NCBI GenBank assembly: GCA_039815185.1
Contig: JBCBZT010000032.1
Coordinates: forward strand, 32,290-96,289
Reading direction: 5' to 3'
Origin: Cyanobacteria bacterium P01_A01_bin.123
GTDB lineage: Bacteria > Cyanobacteriota > Cyanobacteriia > Phormidesmidales > Phormidesmidaceae
DNA: 64,000 nt
Shown here: positions 9,416-18,608 of the stretch, in pieces
How the letters are laid out: every line of letters begins with the position of its first letter
Numbering within the stretch: position 1 is the stretch's first letter
Translations under genes and position numbers: made by a program
Notes under the pieces: generated by a model
The model's database searches: none
Told to the model about the DNA's origin: nothing
What the model saw: the letters and a program-made list of their open reading frames with translations, nothing else

Positions 9416-12400
9416 ATGAAGATTCTCCATGGCACCTGGATCCCCCAAGCCACTGAAGCCTTTATTCAAACGGGTGCATTTTACCTCTGGGTTGAAACTG
9501 AGACGAAAAGCCGTCGTCGTCGTGCTGACCTCTACCATCCCTGCCACTTGTTTGAGCCGGATTTGGTTGCTGTGCTCACTAACGAGTTAGGCATCAAACC
9601 ACCGGGTTACCGAAAACTAGAAGATTCCGTCACCCCGCGTCATTTTCTATTGCCGACGGTGGATGATGCCCCCTTACCGTCTCTAGAGCTCTCACGTTAT
9701 CTAGAAACTGAGCCGCCTGAAACCTTTACTTGGCAGTTTTGGCAGGTTGACTGCTACGCCATGCTTGATCACGCTAGCGTCATCAGTGTGCTCAATGATT
9801 TGCACTTTTTGACCCTCTATAACTTAGCCGAGGTTCAATTAGGGGCCGATCTCCTGTTTTGGTATCACTACACCCAGGCATTTAAACAGGTGATCTTACG
9901 AGATCAGTACATTCCCGCGCTGAAGTATCGGCGCTTGAGTCTAGAAGCGCCTGCTTCAAAACGCAAAACAACGCGATCCAAAACGACATCTAAAAAAACG
10001 GCATCCAACAAGAAACAAGCGGCAACCCAAACCCAAGCCCAAACTCTGGCCCAAACTTTGGGGGGTGATTTTGAAGTTTATTCTGGGTGGGATCTGGTGG
10101 GCGATCGCTACGAGGCCGACCTCAAAACCTACGTGGACTATATGCCCCACCTCTGTGTCGCGGGGTTTGAAGCACCACCAGATGCCCACGCATTCTACGA
10201 TCGCGAAACTCTCCTACGCCATTTTTCAGAATGCTGGGTTACGGATCTCGTCAGGGAGACATCTCTACCCCAAGCCTATCTCAAGAAAATTGAGGACTCC
10301 CTGATTCAAGATTGTCTGAATCAGGAACTGAAGCGTGCTTGGCAGGGAACTGCAGCGGTGCTAGAAAAGTATCAGCAGTGGCAGGGGTGGCGCGATCGCA
10401 TCAGTCGCTCCGAAACTGCCGCGCCGTTTCACATTGGCTTCAAGCTAGAGGAACCGGCTAAACCCGAAGATTCCTGGCAGATCCAGTTTCAGGTCGCACC
10501 CAAACACGACCCATCGCTAAGAATTGCGCTATTGGATTTTTGGCGGCTGCGAGGTAAGGAAAAACAGGAACTGCGAAAACAGTTTGGCGATGACTTCGAG
10601 CAGCATCTGCTGATGAATCTGGGCTATGCCGCCCGCATTTATCCTAAGTTGTGGCAGGGACTAGAAACCGATGAACCCGTCGGCATCTTTGTGGATTTAG
10701 ACACCGCCTTTACCTTCCTCAAAGAATCGGCCTGGGTGCTGGAAGATGCGGGCTACAAAGTCATCATTCCGGCCTGGTGGACCCCTAAAGGGCGACAAAG
10801 AGCCAAGGTTCGGCTTAAAGCCAAAGGCAAATCCCTTGGCGGCAATGACAAATCCAAAAGCTACTTCTCCCTGGAAACCTTGGTGGAGTACAAGTACGAC
10901 CTCTCCATTGGCGATCAGCCCGTTAGCGAACAAGAGTGGCGACAGTTGGTTCAGGCGAAATCACCCCTGGTGAAGTTTCGCGGCCAGTGGATGGAGCTAG
11001 ACCAGGAGAAAATGCAGCAAATGCTGGACTTCTGGAAGCAACAGCAGGCTGACAATCCCGAAATGAGTCTGCTCGATTTCATGCGGCTGACCGCTGGCGA
11101 AGAGGATGCGCTAGAGGTGGACTTCGATCGGGGCGAAACCCTGGCCACGATGATGACCCAGCTCAACGACAAAAACTGCCTAGAACTCACCCCCGACCCC
11201 GACCAGCTCCAGGGCAACCTGCGAGACTATCAGAAACGGGGACTGTCGTGGCTGCATTATTTAGAAAATTTAGGCCTCAACGGTTGCTTAGCCGACGACA
11301 TGGGGCTGGGGAAAACGGTTCAGGTGATTGCCCGCCTGGTGCAAGAGCGAGAGATGGCTACGGCAGCGGGCATCAAGCAGGTTCCTCCAACGCTCCTGAT
11401 TGCCCCCACTTCTGTGGTGGGCAATTGGTACCACGAACTGAAAAAGTTCGCGCCCCATTTGAGCGCAGCGGTGCATCATGGGGGCGATCGCCTCAAAGAC
11501 ACCAAAGCCTTCAAAGCCCTCTGCCGCCAGCATGACGTGCTGATCACTTCATTTACTCTGGCCCGTAAAGATGCCAAATTGCTGGCAGACATCACCTGGC
11601 ACCGCATTGTGCTAGACGAAGCTCAGAACATTAAAAACCCCAAAACCGCCCAGACCAAAGCCATTCTCAAGCTGAACGCCAACCATCGACTGGCCCTCAC
11701 CGGCACCCCCGTCGAAAATCGCCTGCTTGACCTGTGGTCTATCTTCAACTTTCTGAATCCGGGTTACTTGGGCACCCAGGCCCAGTTCCGCAAGCAGTTC
11801 GAGATGCCGATCCAAAAAAACAGCAATCCGACTCGCTCCACGACCTTGAAGAAACTCGTAGAACCGTTCATCCTGCGGCGGGTTAAAACCGACAAATCGA
11901 TCATCAAAGACCTGCCTGATAAGGTCGAGCAAAAACTGTTTTGCAACCTGACTAAAGAACAAGCCTCTCTCTATGAAGCGGTACTCAAAGATGTCACCGA
12001 ACAGCTAGAGCAAGCCGAAGGCATTCAACGCAAGGGATTGATTTTGGCGACGCTAACCAAGCTGAAGCAGATCTGCAATCACCCGCGTCAGTTTCTACAA
12101 GACGATAGCGAATTCACCGCCGAACGTTCCCACAAACTCAGCCGTTTGTTAGAGATGTTGGATGAAGTCATTCAAGCAGGCGAAAGCGCTCTGGTGTTCA
12201 GCCAGTTTCGGGAAATTGGCGATGCCTTGGAATCTCACCTGCGCCACACCTGCCACTACAACACCCACTACATCCACGGCGGCACCAACCGCAAAAAGCG
12301 CGAGCAGATGATCGCCGAATTCCAAGATCCAGAGACAGACCCCACTATCTTCGTGCTATCGCTCAAAGCAGCAGGGGTCGGTATTACCCTCACCAAAGCC

Positions 12401-12670
12401 AACCATGTCTTCCACTTCGATCGCTGGTGGAACCCCGCTGTAGAAGATCAAGCCACCGATCGCGCCTTTCGCATCGGCCAACAGAAAAACGTCTTTGTCC
12501 ACAAGTTCGTCGCCATGGGGACGCTGGAAGAGCGGATTGATCAAATGATTGAAGATAAGAAAAAGCTAGCTGGGGCAATTGTCGGCTCCGATGAATCCTG
12601 GCTGACAGAACTGGATAACGACGCCTTTAAGCAATTGATTGCACTCAACAAAAGCGCCATTTTGGAGTAG
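9416..12670 (+). CDS. SNF2-family (DEAD/DEAH-like) helicase/ATPase
   Basis: LADDMGLGKT, DEAQNIKN, LTGTPVENR, HFDRWWNPAVEDQATDRAFRIGQ. Confidence 0.95.
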   Translation: MKILHGTWIPQATEAFIQTGAFYLWVETETKSRRRRADLYHPCHLFEPDLVAVLTNELGIKPPGYRKLEDSVTPRHFLLPTVDDAPLPSLELSRYLETEPPETFTWQFWQVDCYAMLDHASVISVLNDLHFLTLYNLAEVQLGADLLFWYHYTQAFKQVILRDQYIPALKYRRLSLEAPASKRKTTRSKTTSKKTASNKKQAATQTQAQTLAQTLGGDFEVYSGWDLVGDRYEADLKTYVDYMPHLCVAGFEAPPDAHAFYDRETLLRHFSECWVTDLVRETSLPQAYLKKIEDSLIQDCLNQELKRAWQGTAAVLEKYQQWQGWRDRISRSETAAPFHIGFKLEEPAKPEDSWQIQFQVAPKHDPSLRIALLDFWRLRGKEKQELRKQFGDDFEQHLLMNLGYAARIYPKLWQGLETDEPVGIFVDLDTAFTFLKESAWVLEDAGYKVIIPAWWTPKGRQRAKVRLKAKGKSLGGNDKSKSYFSLETLVEYKYDLSIGDQPVSEQEWRQLVQAKSPLVKFRGQWMELDQEKMQQMLDFWKQQQADNPEMSLLDFMRLTAGEEDALEVDFDRGETLATMMTQLNDKNCLELTPDPDQLQGNLRDYQKRGLSWLHYLENLGLNGCLADDMGLGKTVQVIARLVQEREMATAAGIKQVPPTLLIAPTSVVGNWYHELKKFAPHLSAAVHHGGDRLKDTKAFKALCRQHDVLITSFTLARKDAKLLADITWHRIVLDEAQNIKNPKTAQTKAILKLNANHRLALTGTPVENRLLDLWSIFNFLNPGYLGTQAQFRKQFEMPIQKNSNPTRSTTLKKLVEPFILRRVKTDKSIIKDLPDKVEQKLFCNLTKEQASLYEAVLKDVTEQLEQAEGIQRKGLILATLTKLKQICNHPRQFLQDDSEFTAERSHKLSRLLEMLDEVIQAGESALVFSQFREIGDALESHLRHTCHYNTHYIHGGTNRKKREQMIAEFQDPETDPTIFVLSLKAAGVGITLTKANHVFHFDRWWNPAVEDQATDRAFRIGQQKNVFVHKFVAMGTLEERIDQMIEDKKKLAGAIVGSDESWLTELDNDAFKQLIALNKSAILE

Positions 12671-12674
12671 TTCT

Positions 12675-13514
12675 ATGGCTCAGCAATTTAGCCGCACCTG
12701 GTGGGGACAAAAATTTATCGAAGCCATCGAACGGCTAACCGATTCAGGTCGTTTAAGTCGGGGCAGAACGTATGCTCGTGGTAACAAAGTCAAACACTTT
12801 GACATTGACGGTAGCCTGGTCATTGCCCAAGTGAGGGGCTCAGTTAATCCCTACTTTGGGGTGTACACAGAACCCTTGTACAACACCTCGATTGATTTTG
12901 AGCCAATTAGTAAGGCGAAGTGGGCAGCCGCGATCGCGCTGATGGCCTCTAAAGCGGGCTTAATTTCTCGACTGCTGCTCAACGAAATTCCTGACAACAT
13001 CGAAGACAGTTTCAAAACCTTGGGTTTGCATCTGCTACCAAATAGCAGGGAAGATTTTCACACCCGATGTTCTTGCCCAGACTACAGCAATCCTTGCAAA
13101 CACATCGCTGGCGTATACTACCTAATCGCTGCTGAACTCGATCGCGATCCGTTTTTACTGTTTGAACTGCGGGGGCTCTCTCGGGAAGCCCTCAAGGCAG
13201 AATTAGAAAAGAGCCCTCTAGGTCAAGCCCTGTCAGCAGAACTCTCAGCCCAAAAACAACCCCCTATCCCTGTAGAGCGCTACTACACTCAGCCCCAAAC
13301 CCAGCCAGTTTCCGAACTCAGCCTCAAGGATTTTTGGCAGGGCGAAAAGCGCTTACCCCAAACCATCGAAGTTGCTGCGCCGTCTGTAGTCCCAGCCATT
13401 CTGGTTAAAAAACAAGGCGACTTCCCGGCATTTTGGCACCGCGATAACTCATTTGTTGAAGCCATGGAACAGCTATACGAATATGTCAAACTCAAGAATA
13501 AAAATAAGCTATAA
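12675..13514 (+). CDS. SWIM zinc-finger protein, partner of the SNF2 helicase
   Basis: TWWGQKFIE...GRLSRGRTYAR, CSCPD...PCKH, DPFLLFELRG. Confidence 0.9.
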   Translation: MAQQFSRTWWGQKFIEAIERLTDSGRLSRGRTYARGNKVKHFDIDGSLVIAQVRGSVNPYFGVYTEPLYNTSIDFEPISKAKWAAAIALMASKAGLISRLLLNEIPDNIEDSFKTLGLHLLPNSREDFHTRCSCPDYSNPCKHIAGVYYLIAAELDRDPFLLFELRGLSREALKAELEKSPLGQALSAELSAQKQPPIPVERYYTQPQTQPVSELSLKDFWQGEKRLPQTIEVAAPSVVPAILVKKQGDFPAFWHRDNSFVEAMEQLYEYVKLKNKNKL

Positions 13515-13535
13515 CCCTTAGCCCCACGTCCCTAC

Positions 13536-14288
13536 TCAAGTCTCTGGATTGGATGGGTTGGGTTTATGCGCGATAAAGGCGGCATGGGCCTTTGGCAGTT
13601 CATAGTCACCATAGCTACGCATAACTTGAACTTGGAACCCCACCTGCCGCAGATCCTCTGCGATATCTTGTGCCGCGTATAGCTGCAAGTGGTGTACTTC
13701 ATCAGTCCGCCGATAGTGCGCTCCAACTTGACGGAAGGTGATGATTTGACGCACTAGGGTTGACTGCTCGGGATCTTCTAACTTCTCAACCAATATGATC
13801 CAACCTTGTCCCTCAGTAAAGTGCCGAATCGGCTCGCCTCCCGGAACTTGACCGGGCTCTGCCAAATCAAAAATGAGCATACCGCCTGGTAATAAGGCAG
13901 CGTAAACTCGCTCAAACAGTTGAGCCAGGGTTTCAAGATTGCTATCAGGATCAAATTGATAGTTAAAACACTCCCCCACTGAAATCACGGCATTGCAGGG
14001 TGGGATATTAGTCTTGAACAGCGATTCAACTCGAAACTCAGCATTCGGCACTCTGGTTCGAGCAATGGCAATCAGCGGCTCAGATATATCGACGCCAAGC
14101 ACTTGATACCCTGCATTCGTCAACGCCAATGCAGATAACCCGTTACCGCAGCCTAAATCCACGACTAGACCTGACCGGATATTATTTTGAGCCAGAACAT
14201 TCTGTATGCCAGGAGCAGATTTGAGTGCATAATCGCTGAACCCAACATCATGAATATAGGCTAGGTCTTCCTTGTATCCTGCTTCCAT
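13536..14288 (-). CDS. Class I SAM-dependent methyltransferase
   Basis: VVDLGCGNG, GVDISE; likely start ATG 14288. Confidence 0.85.
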   Translation of the reverse strand: MEAGYKEDLAYIHDVGFSDYALKSAPGIQNVLAQNNIRSGLVVDLGCGNGLSALALTNAGYQVLGVDISEPLIAIARTRVPNAEFRVESLFKTNIPPCNAVISVGECFNYQFDPDSNLETLAQLFERVYAALLPGGMLIFDLAEPGQVPGGEPIRHFTEGQGWIILVEKLEDPEQSTLVRQIITFRQVGAHYRRTDEVHHLQLYAAQDIAEDLRQVGFQVQVMRSYGDYELPKAHAAFIAHKPNPSNPET

Positions 14289-14467
14289 GGTTTTGCCTGC
14301 GTCATGGGTCACCTCGCCTAACCATCGACGGCATATTGCAGTGTCCGGTAGACTGCTTACTTGAGCTGCCTTACCTAAGATTCGGTTGAATTTAATTGAT
14401 TTTAGCAGGCGGCATTGCTGAACGAATGGCTATGGGTACTCTGGGAAAGAAGCGCTGAGGATCGCCT

Positions 14468-15286
14468 GTGGAGTGGTTGGTTCCAGCTGCGTTGGTGTTT
14501 CTACTGGGTTCCGCCATCGGCAGCTTTTTAAATGTGGTAATTTACCGAATTCCGGCGGGGCTTTCACTGCTGCATCCGCCGTCCCGTTGTCCCCATTGCT
14601 TGAAACGGCTCAAAGCCTATGACAACGTGCCTGTATTTGGCTGGTTGTGGTTGCGGGGTCGCTGCCGCTTTTGCCGTCAACCCATTGCCCTGCGCTATCC
14701 CCTCGTGGAGTTTGTGACGGGATTGTTATTTTTGGGCGTTTATTTTCAGTTTGGGGTTTCACTTTACACCCTGGGCTATTGGGCGCTGCTGAGCTGGCTG
14801 CTGTCTCTAGCGCTGATTGATGTCGATACCTTTACCTTGCCCAACGCCCTAACCCAATCGGGACTGATCTTGGGGTTGGGATTTCAGTGTGCCTTGGCGA
14901 TGGCTGATGCCACAGTGTCAACGGCTTGGGTGAATGGCCTCATGAGTGGAGTGGTGGGGGCCGTGTTGGGGCTTTGGATTTTTGATGGTGTGGGTGCCTT
15001 GGGTTCACTCATGCTGGGCCAGACGGCCATGGGGGGGGGTGATGGCAAGTTAGCGGCGATGCTAGGGGCCTGGTTGGGATGGCAAGGGATGCTAGTCACC
15101 GGATTTTTGGCCTGTACGCTGGGTGCATTTGTGGGCGGCGGCGCGATCGCGTTAGGATTCCTCGGTCGTCGTCAACCCATGCCCTTTGGCCCATTTTTAG
15201 CCCTCGCAGGTGGATTGACGCTATTTTGGGGCGATCGCTTGGTAAATGCATACTTATCTGTGTTTTTTCCTTTGGGGGGTTGGTAG
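14468..15286 (+). CDS. pilD: Prepilin peptidase / N-methyltransferase
   Basis: GSFLNVVIYRIP, two CxxC pairs, MGGGDGKL, PFGPFL. Confidence 0.95.
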   Translation: MEWLVPAALVFLLGSAIGSFLNVVIYRIPAGLSLLHPPSRCPHCLKRLKAYDNVPVFGWLWLRGRCRFCRQPIALRYPLVEFVTGLLFLGVYFQFGVSLYTLGYWALLSWLLSLALIDVDTFTLPNALTQSGLILGLGFQCALAMADATVSTAWVNGLMSGVVGAVLGLWIFDGVGALGSLMLGQTAMGGGDGKLAAMLGAWLGWQGMLVTGFLACTLGAFVGGGAIALGFLGRRQPMPFGPFLALAGGLTLFWGDRLVNAYLSVFFPLGGW

Positions 15287-15294
15287 ACAGGGCC

Positions 15295-15360
15295 AACCTG
15301 ATCCAGATCCCCAGTTCTTTTGAGCCCAAAACTCAAGATTTCAAATCGGATGGGGTTTAA
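15295..15360. repeat. Dispersed intergenic repeat, copy 1 (ATCCAGATCCC...TTTCAAATCGGATGGGGTTTAA)
   Basis: Related ends recur at ~38134-38222 and ~44771-44885. Confidence 0.6.
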
Positions 15361-15398
15361 AAATGGCACAATAGGGGTTTGCTGTCCGTTTAAAGCCC

Positions 15399-16757
15399 AT
15401 GCCCCAATCCCCTCGCCGATACCACATCACCACCTTCGGCTGCCAAATGAACAAAGCCGACTCCGAGCGTATGGCAGGTGTTTTGGACACCATGGGGATG
15501 GAAGCAGTAGACGACCCCTATGATGCGGATGTCGTGCTCTACAACACCTGTACTATCCGCGACAACGCAGAGCGAAAGGTGTACTCCTACCTCGGGCGAC
15601 AGGCTAAACGCAAGCATGAGAAGCCAGATTTGACCCTTGTGGTCGCAGGGTGCGTGGCCCAACAAGAAGGGGAAGCCTTGCTCAGACGGGTGCCTGAACT
15701 AGATTTAGTCATGGGGCCACAGCATGCTAATCGCCTAGAAGATTTATTGACCCAGGTGTTCGACGGCAATCAGGTGGTGGCCACCGAGCCCGTTCACATC
15801 ATGGAAGACATTACCAAGCCGCGACGGGATAGCGCGGTCACCGCTTGGGTCAACGTAATTTATGGCTGCAACGAACGCTGCACCTACTGCGTCGTGCCCA
15901 ATGTGCGGGGGGTTGAACAGTCTCGCACCCCTGAAGCGATTCGTGCCGAAATGGAGGCACTGGGGCAGCAAGGCTACACAGAAGTGACCCTCCTGGGGCA
16001 AAACATAGATGCCTACGGCCGCGATTTGGCAGGCAGCACCCCAGAAGGTCGTCACCGCCATACCTTGACCGATTTGCTTTATTTTGTTCACGATGTCCCG
16101 GGCATTGAGCGCATCCGCTTTGCCACCAGCCATCCCCGCTATTTCACAGAACGGTTAATTCTGGCCTGCGCCGAATTGCCCAAGCTTTGCGAACACTTTC
16201 ACATTCCCTTCCAGTCGGGTGACAATGACCTGCTCAAAGCGATGGGGCGAGGCTATACCCATGAAAAATATCGCCGCATTATCCACACCATTCGCAAGTA
16301 CATGCCCGATGCTGCGATCAGTGCTGACGCCATTGTGGGTTTTCCGGGGGAGACCGAAGCCCAGTTTCAAAATACGCTGACACTGGTTGAAGACATTGGT
16401 TTTGATCTGCTGAATACGGCCGCCTATTCTCCCCGACCCGGCACTCCGGCCGCCCTTTGGGACAATCAGCTAGACGAGGAAACTAAAAGCGATCGCTTAC
16501 AGCGCCTCAACCATCTCGTCGGCCTCGTGGCCGCTCAACGCTCCCAGCGCTATGCTGGCCGAACAGAAAAGGTACTCGTAGAAGATCAAAATCCCAAGTA
16601 TCCCCACCAAGTAATGGGACGGACAGACGGCAATCGCCTCACTTTCTTTGAAGGAGACATTGCAACCCTCAGAGGCAAAATTGTGCCCGTCAAAATCACC
16701 GAAGTCCGCGCTTTTAGCCTAACGGGAGAATTACTCTCTGCGGTTGCAACCGCCTAG
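15399..16757 (+). CDS. miaB: tRNA-2-methylthio-N6-dimethylallyladenosine synthase
   Basis: [12 protein letters not shown], radical-[12 protein letters not shown]-terminal TRAM domain. Confidence 0.96.
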   Translation: MPQSPRRYHITTFGCQMNKADSERMAGVLDTMGMEAVDDPYDADVVLYNTCTIRDNAERKVYSYLGRQAKRKHEKPDLTLVVAGCVAQQEGEALLRRVPELDLVMGPQHANRLEDLLTQVFDGNQVVATEPVHIMEDITKPRRDSAVTAWVNVIYGCNERCTYCVVPNVRGVEQSRTPEAIRAEMEALGQQGYTEVTLLGQNIDAYGRDLAGSTPEGRHRHTLTDLLYFVHDVPGIERIRFATSHPRYFTERLILACAELPKLCEHFHIPFQSGDNDLLKAMGRGYTHEKYRRIIHTIRKYMPDAAISADAIVGFPGETEAQFQNTLTLVEDIGFDLLNTAAYSPRPGTPAALWDNQLDEETKSDRLQRLNHLVGLVAAQRSQRYAGRTEKVLVEDQNPKYPHQVMGRTDGNRLTFFEGDIATLRGKIVPVKITEVRAFSLTGELLSAVATA

Positions 16758-17134
16758 GCTTTTCGTGAGGCATAGGGGATTAGACAATATCAGGATGACT
16801 CAGGAAAGATAGAATTCTGAACCATTCGGCTGCTTTGATGTAGAGAATGGTTGGGTGATTGATTTTTATGGATGCGGGCCTCAATACCCTGTCTAGCAAA
16901 GCCAACCAGCGCATAATAGCGCCATCTCATGGTTCGTCCTAATTGTAATTTTGAGGTCGCAGGCAAGGGTTGCAAGTCGTACTCATAACGAGTATGATTT
17001 AGAGGTGATGATTCAGGATTGCAATTGCGCTATGCTGCAAACTTGAACCGCTAAATCGCCCATGACCAATTACACCCGTTGGGGGTACGACAGTTCGGCT
17101 CCCATGTGTTTATAGCCTTTCAGGAGGAAAAATT

Positions 17135-17653
17135 ATGGTCGCTGCTCCATCTCGTGCTACCGAAGCCGCTAAGAAATTCTATCCGACGCGCATTGATTTA
17201 CCCGTAGAAGCGCGATCGCAGATTATTGAGCTTCTCAACCAAAGCTTAGCTGCCACCCTCGATCTCAAAACCCAAACCAAGCAAGCCCACTGGAACGTCA
17301 AAGGCATGGACTTTTTCCAGCTCCATGAACTGTTTGACGAGATGGCTGGTGAGCTTGAGGAGTATGTAGATATGGTGGCTGAGCGAGTTACCGCCTTGGG
17401 AGGTACGGCAGTGGGAACGGCTCGGGTCGTCGCCGACAATTCCATTTTGCCGGAGTATCCCTTTGAAGCCGTCACCGGGGCTGAGCATGTCACTGCCCTG
17501 GCCGAACGGTTTGCCACCTACGCCAAGCATGTGCGTGAAGCGATTGACAAAACTGATGGGCTTGGCGATGCCGACACCGCCGATCTTTACACAGAAGTCT
17601 CTCGCACGGTTGACAAGCGTTTGTGGTTCCTAGAGGCTCATTTGGTTGGGTAG
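17135..17653 (+). CDS. dps: DNA-protecting ferritin-like protein Dps
   Basis: KQAHWNVKG..F.QLHELFDE, DMVAERV, DKRLWFLEAH. Confidence 0.95.
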   Translation: MVAAPSRATEAAKKFYPTRIDLPVEARSQIIELLNQSLAATLDLKTQTKQAHWNVKGMDFFQLHELFDEMAGELEEYVDMVAERVTALGGTAVGTARVVADNSILPEYPFEAVTGAEHVTALAERFATYAKHVREAIDKTDGLGDADTADLYTEVSRTVDKRLWFLEAHLVG

Positions 17654-17699
17654 ACGCCGATCGATCCATCGCTTAAGCATCCGGAATGTGAAATCGTAG

Positions 17700-17735
17700 A
17701 ATGTGGAGATGTGATGTGTCGCACCTCCACATTTC
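17700..17735 (+). terminator. Hairpin downstream of dps
   Basis: AATGTGGAG...CTCCACATT inverted repeat. Confidence 0.5.
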
Positions 17736-17820
17736 GCGTTCTTTGGAAGCGTGCTGATAGAATCCTAGCAATGGCCCTCCGGGGGCCATCTTTGACCACT
17801 GCACACTTTACCCGCTGCCC

Positions 17821-18348
17821 ATGTCGTCTGTAAATCTCCCAGATTGGCCAGACTGGATTGCTGTTGATTGTCAGTACAGTGCTTTGACGCTAAAACTCCC
17901 TAAGGGTTGGCAGCGAGACGGGACGCGATCGCAGGCAAATGGCAGTACAGACATTTTTTTTGGCCCGACGGCCCAGCTGGCCGACAACGCCTCGGGATCT
18001 GCTTCAGAACCGCAGTTATTGGTGAAAACTATTCCCACCCCTGAGGGCGTGACAAATTTCCAGACGATCGCGGTAGCCTTAAAACAGCAACAGCTGGAGG
18101 CAGGTGGTGGCGAAGCCGTTCAGTCGTTAGCAGAAGAAACCATCACCATTGATAACCACCCAGCTAGACTCGATGTTTTTACCTATCAAGATGCCGCTTT
18201 GCAAACGACCGTGATGCAATGCCAAGCCTGTATTCAGCAGGCTGAGTCGGTGTGTGTTTTGATGGGCATGGCTCGGGGGCCTGAGCAGATGGACTATTTA
18301 CAGTTGTTCCAGCATGCAGTGGCGGCGGTTCAAGTCAAAGATGATTGA
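17821..18348 (+). CDS. Hypothetical protein, possibly PsbP/DcrB-like fold
   Basis: 175-aa ORF; LKLPKGW and ITIDNHPA patterns reminiscent of Mog1/PsbP/DcrB proteins. Confidence 0.5.
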   Translation: MSSVNLPDWPDWIAVDCQYSALTLKLPKGWQRDGTRSQANGSTDIFFGPTAQLADNASGSASEPQLLVKTIPTPEGVTNFQTIAVALKQQQLEAGGGEAVQSLAEETITIDNHPARLDVFTYQDAALQTTVMQCQACIQQAESVCVLMGMARGPEQMDYLQLFQHAVAAVQVKDD

Positions 18349-18608
18349 ACGGAGAGGGGGCACGATACGCCTACTCTGAATAGCCACAATTTCCGCAAAA
18401 GCGCCACCCACACTGTATCTACTTGGTGATCTCGGCTTTTCTATGGGTTAACTAGCTGTATGTAGCCCTATGCAATTTAGAAAATGCATGGTTAAAAAAG
18501 CCCAATCCCCATTGGGTAGCCAATGTCCACCCAAGACAATGCCCTAATTTGTAGACATTCACGCTGTATCCGCAGTTCTCCCTTGTCTCTACTCCTCCCC
18601 ATCTCCCT

